Assembly: GCA_017467605.1 (NCBI GenBank)
Contig: JAFUSQ010000026.1
Location: 1,976 to 65,975, forward strand
Direction of reading: 5' to 3'
Length of the DNA stretch: 64,000 nt
Source: a bacterium
Lineage (GTDB): Bacteria > Cyanobacteriota > Vampirovibrionia > Gastranaerophilales > Gastranaerophilaceae
The notes beneath the pieces are model-generated. The model had not been told where the DNA came from. It saw nothing but the letters and a program-made list of their open reading frames with translations, and made no database searches. This document shows positions 10,901-19,226 of this stretch, piece after piece (the stretch's first letter is position 1; every line of letters starts with the position of its first letter). A program made the position numbers and the translations under genes.

Positions 10901-11759
10901 ATTTGAAAGAGAAAAAACAGGCGATATCGTTCAAGGTTTGCCGAAAGTTGAAGAACTTTTGGAAGGTAGAAAGCCAAAAGATTGTGCAATTTTAGCCGAA
11001 TATGACGGTACTGCAAAAATAGAAATTGATGACGATGGTTTGCCAAGATTATTCTTGCTTGACGAAGAAGGTTCATCAACTGAAATTAAATATGCGATTG
11101 ATTCTAATGTAATCGTATCAAACGGACAAAAAATCACAAAAGGTCAAGCGTTGACATCTGGTCCTATGAACCCTCATGATGTAATGAGATTATGCGGTCC
11201 GGAAGCAGCTCAACAATATTTGGTAGATGAAGTTCAACGTGTATACCGCTCTCAAGGTGTTGAAATTGCGGATAAACATATTGAAATCATAGTTCGTCAA
11301 ATGACTAAGAAAGTTCGTGTTGTTGATGCCGGTGATACAAACTTGTTACCTGGAGAACTTATCGAAGTTCAAACATTTGAAAAAGAAAATAAAGCTGCAG
11401 AAGAAGCAGGAAAACAATTAGCAACTTGTGAATTCATGTTGTTAGGTATTACAAAAGCTTCATTGAATACTGAAAGCTTTATTTCAGCAGCATCATTCCA
11501 AGAAACTACAAGAATTCTTACGGAAGCTGCTGTTGACGGTAAAAAAGACTTATTAAGAGGTTTGAAAGAAAACGTTATTATTGGTCGTTTGATACCGGCA
11601 GGTACAGGTTTCCACCATTTGATTAATGCTGACGAAGAACGCGATAGAGAAGAAAGAAAACGCGTTGTTGCACAAAGAAATCAAGCAAGAAAACCTTCTG
11701 CAATTTTGGAAGAAATTGAAGGAATGTTTGGTGCACCTGATTTCAATATCGAAGAATAA
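7908..11759 (+). CDS. rpoC2: DNA-directed RNA polymerase subunit beta-prime (C-terminal part, with a large lineage-type insertion)
   Basis: 1283 aa with a conserved trigger-loop/bridge region ([47 protein letters not shown]) interrupted by several hundred residues before the conserved C-terminal block. Confidence 0.95.
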   Translation: [1283 protein letters not shown]

Positions 11760-11783
11760 TTCGATATTTTATAAGCAAAATAA

Positions 11784-11811
11784 AAAGCCCTCGGTAATCG
11801 AGGGCTTTTTG
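11784..11811 (+). terminator. Rho-independent terminator after rpoC2
   Basis: agccctcg-gtaat-cgagggct followed by ttttt. Confidence 0.75.
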
Positions 11812-11817
11812 CTGCTC

Positions 11818-11937
11818 GGAAACCCTCTCCCATTTTTCAAATACTCAAACAAGTTCTCGTATTGAAAAATTGCCCTCTCTCCTTGTGAGAGGGCAGAATT
11901 TCTTAATGAACGTTGTGAATTTAGAAAATTCGGGCGA
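11818..11937. repeat. Intact copy of composite repeat R1-hairpin-R2
   Basis: Matches 14124-14201 (R1 plus hairpin) and 14590-14660 (hairpin plus R2). Central hairpin tgccctctc-tccttgt-gagagggca at 11871-11895. Confidence 0.8.
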
Positions 11938-11985
11938 TGGTTGAATATAAGTATCCAAAATGCTAATGTAACAAAATGTTAAGTT

Positions 11986-12143
11986 TTATTTATAAATAGC
12001 TCAAATTCAATTATACTGCCCTATATGATATGATATGATATGATGTAGTGTGCCTATAGCAATTAATTTCCAAAAAATGTTTTTACATGAGTGTAAGCGC
12101 GAGGTGCTTAAGAGACAGAGTAAAAACACGAAAGGAGATTACT
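11986..12143 (+). promoter_or_regulatory. Conserved promoter module, copy 2 (TATACT 12012-12017; (ATATG)x4 12023-12042) plus a conserved 73-nt leader
   Basis: Near-identical to 44256-44414 up to the ATG, and to 755-838 over the promoter part. Confidence 0.55.
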
Positions 12144-12665
12144 ATGGGTATTGAATTTAATTCTGAATTAAATTTGCAGAATTTGACAGGAACACAAAAG
12201 CAAACAGGGAGTAAAAAGCTTTCTAAGACAGGCGACATTGATGTAGCAGCTGCATTAAAAGCATTAGGCAAATCAAGTAAGTCTGATTCTGCAAAAGCTA
12301 GAGAAAAACTTGATAACATCAAAGCTTCAAACGGTATGACCTATAAAGAAGCAAAAGCAAAAATGAAAGAAATTGAGCAAAAATATTTATCAATGAGTGG
12401 TGATGACGGTTGGGGCGGAATATTTTCTCATCGTAAAAATAAATATTTGAAAGAAGTTCAAGATCCGTCTCCGGAGGTTCCAGGACACCCTGGAATGACA
12501 TATAGCGTATATCGTTACCATTTTGAAGTTGACGGGAATGCACTTCCTGAACCTGATAAAACAGAATATAGAAAAGCAAAAGCTGCAGTTGAAGAAATAG
12601 AACGCAATAATTCAGCATTAGTTTCTGATGCAAAGTCTGATTTTGGTTTTAATATTAGTTTTTAG
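12144..12665 (+). CDS. Hypothetical charged protein, MGIEF family (paralogue of 44415-45002)
   Basis: ATG preceded by aaaggagattact. Shares the MGIEF N-terminus, ASNGMTYKEA and EIERNNS blocks with the 44415 ORF. No signal peptide or TM segment. Confidence 0.75.
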   Translation: MGIEFNSELNLQNLTGTQKQTGSKKLSKTGDIDVAAALKALGKSSKSDSAKAREKLDNIKASNGMTYKEAKAKMKEIEQKYLSMSGDDGWGGIFSHRKNKYLKEVQDPSPEVPGHPGMTYSVYRYHFEVDGNALPEPDKTEYRKAKAAVEEIERNNSALVSDAKSDFGFNISF

Positions 12666-12779
12666 TGATTTGGGTTAATGAAATAAGGCGCAGGAGACAA
12701 TTTGTCTCCTGCGCCCCAAGTTTTAAATTTTTTAAAATTATATATTGAAAAATTTAATATAATAATGTATAATATAAAT

Positions 12780-12861
12780 ACAGAGTGGCAGCTTGTCAAA
12801 CTGCCGGAAGCTTTGTAGAGATCGAAGTGGCACTTATCGCATGCGGTAGGTGCCGCTTTTT
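12780..12861 (+). ncRNA. Candidate small RNA of about 80 nt (unknown family)
   Basis: Consensus promoter TTGAAA(12745-12750)-17 nt-TATAAT(12768-12773). Internal hairpin ggcag/ctgcc. Terminator ggcac...gtgcc followed by ttttt at 12857-12861. No ORF and no downstream same-strand gene. Confidence 0.35.
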
Positions 12862-13026
12862 GTTATGAATAAAATCAAAAAGATTAAAATTAATGTCAGA
12901 TTGAGATTTTCCATAAAGACCTCCTTCCTTTTGAATTACCGACCGAAATCGAAGTAGTAATTGTTGTGTCGATGATTCTCAGAAAAAGCCTCTTTTACTC
13001 TGTTAAAATTTCAATGTTCATTAAAT

Positions 13027-14079
13027 CTAAACATTCATAATTTTGAGAATATCATTTAATTCTGCGCTTGTCTTTTTAACATCTGCATTTGAATATTTAA
13101 TAGCGTTGTCAGGGTCTTTCAAGCCATTGCCTGTTAAAATACAAACGATTTTTGAACCTTCTTTAATTTGATTTTTCACTTTAATCAATCCTGCAACAGA
13201 TGCAGCAGATGCGGGTTCTGCCAGAACACCTTCACAAGATGCAATTAGTTTATATGCTTTAACGATTTCTTCATCAGTTACAAAGTTAATCATACCGTTG
13301 CTTTCATCTCTGGCAGCTTCTGCGTATTTCCAGCTTGCAGGGTTTCCGATACGGATTGCAGTTGCTAATGTTTCGGGGTTCATAATTCTTTCACCTTTAA
13401 CAATAGCAGCAGCACCTTCTGCTTCAAACCCCATCATCTTTGGTAATTCAGAAATTTTACCCAAATTGTGCCATTCTTTATAACCTTTCCAGTATGCGGT
13501 AATATTTCCGGCATTACCTACAGGTATAAAGTGATAATCAGGAGCTTGGTCTAATGCCTCACAGATTTCAAAAGCTCCTGTTTTTTGACCTTCAATTCGG
13601 TAAGGATTAACGGAATTAACTAATGTTATAGGGTATTTTTCTGAAATTTCTCGAACCATTTCAAGTGCTTTGTCAAAATTTCCTTGAATAGCAATAATTT
13701 CAGCACCATACATCATAGCTTGAGATAATTTTCCAAGAGCAATATATCCATCAGGAATTAAAACATAAGTTTTCAAACCAGCTTTCGCTCCATATGCAGC
13801 CGCTGAAGCTGAAGTGTTACCGGTTGAGGCACAAATTATTGCACCTGAACCTGCTTCTTTAGCTTTTGTAACTGCCATTGTCATACCGCGGTCTTTAAAA
13901 CTTCCTGTCGGATTGCAGCCTTCAAATTTTAGATATATTTCTGCATTAAGTCCTATTTTTTTAGCTAAATTTTCAGCTTTAATCAAAGGAGTATTTCCTT
14001 CATTAAGCGTTACAACCGGTGTTGAATTTGTTACCGGTAAAAATTCTCTGTACTTGTTAATTAATCCTTGGTAATACAT
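13027..14079 (-). CDS. thrC: Threonine synthase
   Basis: 350 aa with the PLP-lysine motif [11 protein letters not shown] and the typical threonine synthase N-terminus. Confidence 0.93.
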   Translation of the reverse strand: MYYQGLINKYREFLPVTNSTPVVTLNEGNTPLIKAENLAKKIGLNAEIYLKFEGCNPTGSFKDRGMTMAVTKAKEAGSGAIICASTGNTSASAAAYGAKAGLKTYVLIPDGYIALGKLSQAMMYGAEIIAIQGNFDKALEMVREISEKYPITLVNSVNPYRIEGQKTGAFEICEALDQAPDYHFIPVGNAGNITAYWKGYKEWHNLGKISELPKMMGFEAEGAAAIVKGERIMNPETLATAIRIGNPASWKYAEAARDESNGMINFVTDEEIVKAYKLIASCEGVLAEPASAASVAGLIKVKNQIKEGSKIVCILTGNGLKDPDNAIKYSNADVKKTSAELNDILKIMNV

Positions 14080-14123
14080 AACTTCCTCTTTTCTTTTTTG
14101 AATAAATTATACAATAAAAATGA

Positions 14124-14201
14124 AAAACCCTCTCCCATTTTTCAAATACTCGAACAAGTTCTCGTATTGAAAAATTGCCCTCTCACAAAGAGAGAGGGCA
14201 A
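14124..14201. repeat. Left part of the split composite repeat (R1 plus inverted-loop hairpin)
   Basis: Matches 11818-11895. Hairpin tgccctctc-acaaaga-gagagggca at 14176-14200; the loop is approximately the reverse complement of the tccttgt loop. Confidence 0.8.
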
Positions 14202-14205
14202 AATG

Positions 14206-14565
14206 CTAAATTTTATTATATTCTTCTACAATTATATTTAAGACATTTTCTAAATTATTCAGTATATCACTATCCAAAAATCTTAGAACTTTATAACCAT
14301 TTTCATTTAAAAATTCTGTACGAGTGTTATCATATTTGAAATTTTCAGATTCAATGTGTTGTGAGCCATCTAATTCTATTACCAATTTTTTACCTAAACA
14401 TACAAAATCAACTATATATTTGCCAATAGGAACTTGTCTGCGAAATTTAATATTATTTAATCTTTTTGCTCTAAGATTTTCCCATAAAATATTCTCGCAA
14501 TCAGTCTGATTAGTTCGTAAAGACTTCGCATTATCTAAAGATTTAGAATTATATATTCTGTTCAT
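14206..14565 (-). CDS. DUF559 (Vsr-like endonuclease fold) domain protein
   Basis: Motifs ENILWENLRAKRLNNIKFRRQVPIGKYIVDFVC...LVIELDGSQH are typical of DUF559. ATG at 14565 is preferred over the TTG at 14583. Confidence 0.8.
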   Translation of the reverse strand: MNRIYNSKSLDNAKSLRTNQTDCENILWENLRAKRLNNIKFRRQVPIGKYIVDFVCLGKKLVIELDGSQHIESENFKYDNTRTEFLNENGYKVLRFLDSDILNNLENVLNIIVEEYNKI

Positions 14566-14589
14566 AAATAAATAATAATACAAACAAAC

Positions 14590-14660
14590 ATGCCCTCTCT
14601 CCTTGTGAGAGGGCAGAATTTCTTAATGAACGTTGTGAATTTAGAAATTCGGGAAAGGGT
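14590..14660. repeat. Right part of the split composite repeat (hairpin plus R2)
   Basis: Matches 11870-11937. Hairpin at 14591-14615. Confidence 0.8.
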
Positions 14661-14664
14661 TAGT

Positions 14665-14889
14665 TTAAAATGAAAAATCAAAAAGCTGAGAAAGTTCAAT
14701 ATCTAAGGCATCTGCCAGAATTCGCATTGTTTTTATTGTAACGTTTGCTTCTCCACGTTCAATTTGTCCGATGTAGTTAAAATTCATATCGACCATTTCA
14801 GCAAGTTTCATTTGCGAAAGTTTTTTTGATTTTCTTACATAAGCAAGTTTTGTTCCAAAACGTTTTTCTACACCTGTATTTTTACTCAT
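14665..14889 (-). CDS. XRE-family HTH transcriptional regulator
   Basis: 74 aa. KKLSQMKLAEMVDMNFNYIGQIERGEANVT matches the HTH pattern. Confidence 0.8.
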   Translation of the reverse strand: MSKNTGVEKRFGTKLAYVRKSKKLSQMKLAEMVDMNFNYIGQIERGEANVTIKTMRILADALDIELSQLFDFSF

Positions 14890-15088
14890 ATCAACTATTA
14901 TAAATTTGTTTTCAACGGATTTCTAACTGTCATTAAATATTTTTTAATTACTATTAACTGTTAATTTTTGTAAAATTTATTTTAAAATCAGTCAATTTTT
15001 ATATGATTATCCCGTTTTATAACATGTAAATAATAGTTAATAGCAATTATTTAATTGTGAATGAGTGCAATTAAGAAAGGAGTATTTT

Positions 15089-15541
15089 ATGGGTACAGAT
15101 TTTATTACAATTGGCGGAATTCGATATGATGCCAATCAGGTAAAGGGTTATGAGAGACAAGGTAATTCTTTTACTGTTACTTTAACGGACGGGTCTAAGT
15201 TTAAATATAACAATCAGGATATATTTCATACAAATGCCGGGAGAGTGGATTATAACGGGAAAATTCCTACAATTTTCGGGCAAAATATGAATAAAGGCGA
15301 TAAAGGTCCTAAAGATATTACTATTACTAATTGTCGTCTGACTATGATTGAAGGTACAAACGAAGATGATATTCTTGTATTGAATGATTCAAAGGTTAAT
15401 ACGGTTGATCTTTCAGGTGATCCAAATAATCACGATATGATTGTGGTAAATGGTAAATCTGATATTTATCGTAAATTATATGCTGATGAAAATGACAAAG
15501 TTATCGATAATAGTGACAAAGGATTTAATGTTAGAGGCTAA
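15089..15541 (+). CDS. Hypothetical protein (MGTDF N-terminus)
   Basis: ATG preceded by aagaaaggagtatttt. 150 aa. No recognisable domain. Confidence 0.65.
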   Translation: MGTDFITIGGIRYDANQVKGYERQGNSFTVTLTDGSKFKYNNQDIFHTNAGRVDYNGKIPTIFGQNMNKGDKGPKDITITNCRLTMIEGTNEDDILVLNDSKVNTVDLSGDPNNHDMIVVNGKSDIYRKLYADENDKVIDNSDKGFNVRG

Positions 15542-15548
15542 ATATTTT

Positions 15549-15574
15549 GGGGCGGGCGATAAAATCGCCCGCCC
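15549..15574. terminator. Bidirectional GC-rich terminator hairpin between convergent genes
   Basis: ggggcgggcga-taaa-atcgcccgccc. Confidence 0.7.
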
Positions 15575-15586
15575 TGCTATTAAAAT

Positions 15587-16861
15587 CTATATTTGCACTC
15601 TTATTAAGCTATTTACACTTTCAATAGCAGGATCGTTATTGAATATATTTATAACGTTTTGCATATCGAGTTCTCTGCAAAGTTCCGTAATAACTGTGAT
15701 TTCGGCGCAATTACCTTCACCCACTTCTTTTTGAACAATGCTTGCCAAGCTTATGTTATTTTCTTCACAAGCTTTACCGATACGACCTATTACGCCCATA
15801 CTGTTTTGGGTTGTAATTGAAATGTAATATTTGTTTTCTGTTAACGAGATATCTATCATTTGAGCATTTTCACTATGGCCGCATCTCATCATTGGTAGTA
15901 TATAATCAGTTTTTCCAATTTCTGATGCTATTGCCAAGATATCTCCGACAACTGAACTTGCGGTTGGAAATTCACCTGCTCCGGGTCCGGATAGAGTTAC
16001 ATCTCCGACGGGGTGTCCTGAAAGGCTTACCGCATTGGTTACATAATCTATATGTGCCAGTGTTTTTGAAATTGGTACAAGCATAGGGTGCACTCTTACA
16101 TCAGCCTTTCCGTTTCTATTTAATTCGGCAGATGCAATAAGTTTAATTTTATATCCCATTTCATTTGCAGCTTTCATATCTTCAGGACGGATTTTTGTTA
16201 TTCCTTCTCTGTAGACATTTTCAAATTTTACACGTTTCCCAAAGGCAATTGTTGCAAGGGTTGTAATTTTATATGCTGCATCATATCCTTCAACATCACC
16301 TGTTGGGTCTGCTTCTGCATAACCAAGTTCCTGAGCTTCTTTTAAAACATCAGAATATGATGCGTCTTGGGTATCCATTTTTGTTAAAATATAGTTTGTC
16401 GTACCGTTTAGGATAGCTTTAATTTTGTTTATTTTATTTCCGGCCAATATAGTTTTAATCGGCATAATCAATGGAATTCCGCCTGCAATGGCTGCTTCAT
16501 AGAGAATTACTTTATTGTGTTTTTCTGCAAAATTAAATAATTCTTCCCCATGTTTTGCAAGAAGTTCTTTATTAGCGGTGACAATATGTTTACCGTTTTG
16601 AACTGCGGTTTTTATCAAATCGAAAGCGGGTTCAATCCCACCGACAAGTTCTGCAACTATTTGTATTTCCGGATTATTAACAACTTCATAAGCATCATCT
16701 GTTATAATGCTTTCATCTAGTCCTTCAATATTGCGTTTTTTGTTCTTGTTGCGAACTGCAATTTTTACAATTTCAATATTTTCAAAATTTTGCAGAGTTT
16801 TAAATACTCCGCTTCCGACTGTTCCAAGTCCTATTAAACCAATTTTAATTTTATTTTCCAT
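15587..16861 (-). CDS. hom: Homoserine dehydrogenase (with C-terminal ACT domain)
   Basis: MENKIKIGLIGLGTVGSG Rossmann N-terminus and a conserved catalytic region. ATG at 16861 is chosen over the upstream ATG at 16909. Confidence 0.9.
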   Translation of the reverse strand: MENKIKIGLIGLGTVGSGVFKTLQNFENIEIVKIAVRNKNKKRNIEGLDESIITDDAYEVVNNPEIQIVAELVGGIEPAFDLIKTAVQNGKHIVTANKELLAKHGEELFNFAEKHNKVILYEAAIAGGIPLIMPIKTILAGNKINKIKAILNGTTNYILTKMDTQDASYSDVLKEAQELGYAEADPTGDVEGYDAAYKITTLATIAFGKRVKFENVYREGITKIRPEDMKAANEMGYKIKLIASAELNRNGKADVRVHPMLVPISKTLAHIDYVTNAVSLSGHPVGDVTLSGPGAGEFPTASSVVGDILAIASEIGKTDYILPMMRCGHSENAQMIDISLTENKYYISITTQNSMGVIGRIGKACEENNISLASIVQKEVGEGNCAEITVITELCRELDMQNVINIFNNDPAIESVNSLIRVQI

Positions 16862-16985
16862 AGAGTAATTATAACATAAAATTTTAATTGACTTAATTAT
16901 TTTTAACATGACTATTGCAAAAAAGTATTTTTACTGTAAAATCAAGGTATTGATAAGATAACTAGCTAGAAAAGGAAGATAAATT

Positions 16986-17177
16986 ATGGCAAAACATTGT
17001 GAAATATGCGGAAAAGCTCCGATTAAAGCGGCAAAGAGAACTTTCTCAAATAAACAAATTGTACACACTCAAGAACCAAACTTGCAAACAGTTAAAGCAG
17101 TTGTTAACGGTTCTGTAAAAAGAATTACTGTTTGCACATCTTGTATAAGAGCTGGTAAAGTTCAAAAAGCAGTATAA
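16986..17177 (+). CDS. rpmB: 50S ribosomal protein L28
   Basis: 63 aa; the pattern MAKHCEICGK...NKQIVHTQEPNLQ is typical of L28. Confidence 0.85.
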   Translation: MAKHCEICGKAPIKAAKRTFSNKQIVHTQEPNLQTVKAVVNGSVKRITVCTSCIRAGKVQKAV

Positions 17178-17207
17178 TTTAAGAATTTTTGATTTTATAA
17201 GCAAAAG

Positions 17208-17232
17208 GAGGACAATAAGTTGTCCTCTTTTT
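17208..17232 (+). terminator. Rho-independent terminator after rpmB
   Basis: gaggaca-ataagt-tgtcctc followed by ttttt. Confidence 0.75.
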
Positions 17233-17350
17233 GTTTATAACTGTTACAGTTGGTAACAACAAATGTATGATTTGTTATGTTTTTGCTATACTATTAGTAG
17301 TTACGGTTGCTAATACCCTGCAGACACATAGCTGAAAGGATATAAAAATA

Positions 17351-18877
17351 ATGATTAAAAAGTTATCAGGTTTATTAATGTTACTTATGGCAGGCATTCA
17401 AAGTGCAAGTGCTATGAATGTAGATGCTTTTATGGATAAGCATATCGCACCTGTTTCTGATGCGGTTGCAAAAATGATATTCTTTCCGATTTCTATTTGC
17501 GGGTCAAAAGTTCCATTAATTATATTTTGGATATTATTTGCAGGAATTTTCTTTACAATATTTTATAAGGGAATTTGTGTTTGGGGATTCAAACATGCCG
17601 TAGATTTAATAGTTAAACCGTCAAAAGATAGCAAAGACGGGGGTGGTGATGTTTCATCATTTCAAGCTTTAGCTACTGCATTATCAGGAACAATTGGTAT
17701 CGGAAGTATTGCGGGTGTTGCAATTTCTATTTCAATTGGCGGGCCGGGGGCTGCATTTTGGATATTTTTCGGTGCACTTTTGGGAATGTCAATTAAGTTT
17801 GTAGAAGCGACTTTGGCGGTTAAATACAGAAGATTTAATGCAGATGGTTCTGTATCAGGCGGGCCGATGCACTATATTGCACACGGTTTAACAAGAAAAA
17901 ATATGCGCTGGCTGGGACAGCCGTTATCTGTAATCTTTGCTATTCTTTGTATTGGCGGTGGTATTACAGGCGGTAATATGATTCAAATTAACCAAACTGC
18001 TCATCAATTGATTTTTATTACAGGTGGTGAACATAGTATATTTCATGGTTTTACATGGGTAATTGGTTTAGTTGCTGCAATTTTAATAGGTTTGGTTGTT
18101 GTAGGCGGGATTAAAGGTATTGCAAAAGTTACAACAATTCTTACTCCTACAATGTGTGCTTTGTATATAATTTCAGGTTTAATTGTAATTTTTGCTAATT
18201 TTATGAATATTCCTTCTGCGATTGCTTTAATTATTAGAGAAGCATTTCACCCTACGGCTATTGCAGGGGGTGTTTTTGGAACGATTATTATCGGTTTAAG
18301 ACGTTCTGTTCAGTCAAATGAAGCCGGAACGGGTGCGGCTGCAATTGTTTATGCTGCTGCGCAGACTAAAGAACCTGTTTCACAAGGCTTTGTAGCATTG
18401 TTAGAAACTTTCTTAACAGGTATTTTATGCTTGTTTACATCTTTTGCAATCGTATTTTCAGGGGTTTTGGAACATACTGAAATCGGTAAAATTTCAGGTA
18501 TTGAACTTGCTTCAAATGCTTTTCAATCAGTAATTCCGTTTTTCCCGATAATTCTTTCAGTTATTGCAATTTTGTTTGCTATGTCAACATTGATTTCTTG
18601 GGCATATTACGGACAGAAAGCTTGGACTTTCTTATTTGGGGAAGGTAAAAAGCGTGTATTTACTTTTAATATGATTTATTGCATGTTCATTATTATTGGT
18701 TCTGCAATGAATGTTCAATCTATCATTGATATTACTGATGCTATGATGATTGCAATGTGTGTTCCGAATATTATTGTTCTTTACATATTAGCATCAGAAG
18801 TGAAAAAAGAATTAAAATTGTATTGTCAAAAACATCAAATCGGGAAATGGGTTAATCCGGCTTGGTTCAAGGGGTAA
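17351..18877 (+). CDS. Sodium:alanine (AGCS family) symporter
   Basis: 508 aa, multi-TM, with the conserved AGCS blocks FQALATALSGTIGIGSIAGVA and GGPGAAFW. Confidence 0.85.
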   Translation: MIKKLSGLLMLLMAGIQSASAMNVDAFMDKHIAPVSDAVAKMIFFPISICGSKVPLIIFWILFAGIFFTIFYKGICVWGFKHAVDLIVKPSKDSKDGGGDVSSFQALATALSGTIGIGSIAGVAISISIGGPGAAFWIFFGALLGMSIKFVEATLAVKYRRFNADGSVSGGPMHYIAHGLTRKNMRWLGQPLSVIFAILCIGGGITGGNMIQINQTAHQLIFITGGEHSIFHGFTWVIGLVAAILIGLVVVGGIKGIAKVTTILTPTMCALYIISGLIVIFANFMNIPSAIALIIREAFHPTAIAGGVFGTIIIGLRRSVQSNEAGTGAAAIVYAAAQTKEPVSQGFVALLETFLTGILCLFTSFAIVFSGVLEHTEIGKISGIELASNAFQSVIPFFPIILSVIAILFAMSTLISWAYYGQKAWTFLFGEGKKRVFTFNMIYCMFIIIGSAMNVQSIIDITDAMMIAMCVPNIIVLYILASEVKKELKLYCQKHQIGKWVNPAWFKG

Positions 18878-18941
18878 AGGGGTAAATTTCTTTTTGATTA
18901 TCGTGTGGTTTGTAAAGAAAAATTTTCTGGAGGTTTTATAA

Positions 18942-19217
18942 ATGTCTGATAAAATTCTTGTAACGGTTCAAGGGGTTGATAAAATTGGTATTGTAGCGAA
19001 AATCACTGCTACTTTGGCTCAATTTGATGTAAATATTGAAGATATAAAACAAACTCTTATGCAAGGGCATTTTGTAATGTTTATGCTTTGCAATATAGAA
19101 AATTCTAAATACTCGTTTAAAGAAGTAAAGGACGGTCTGACAAGTGCCGGTCAAGAAATGGGTATGGAAATTTGGGTTCAAAAAAAAGAAATTTTTGACA
19201 ATATGCACAAAATTTAG
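18942..19217 (+). CDS. ACT-domain protein (UPF0237-like)
   Basis: 91 aa; ILVTVQGVDKIGIVAKITATLAQFDVNIEDI is a typical ACT fold start. Confidence 0.75.
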   Translation: MSDKILVTVQGVDKIGIVAKITATLAQFDVNIEDIKQTLMQGHFVMFMLCNIENSKYSFKEVKDGLTSAGQEMGMEIWVQKKEIFDNMHKI

Positions 19218-19226
19218 AGATAAATT

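Noticed and set aside
12087-12143. N-terminal extension MSVSARCLRDRVKTRKEIT of ORF 12087 (and the analogous 44319-44414 extension)
   Set aside because: The extension covers the conserved leader and contains the SD aaaggag directly before the internal ATG. The two extensions start at different, non-homologous points, so translation most likely begins at MGIEF.
15450-15734. 94-aa plus-strand ORF spanning the 15541 stop, the terminator and the hom 3' end
   Set aside because: It crosses a strong bidirectional terminator and overlaps hom antisense.
17233-17350. Possible riboswitch (for example glycine or amino acid) in the leader of the AGCS symporter
   Set aside because: I could not find any conserved riboswitch core motif by eye. 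I leave it unannotated pending a covariance-model scan.
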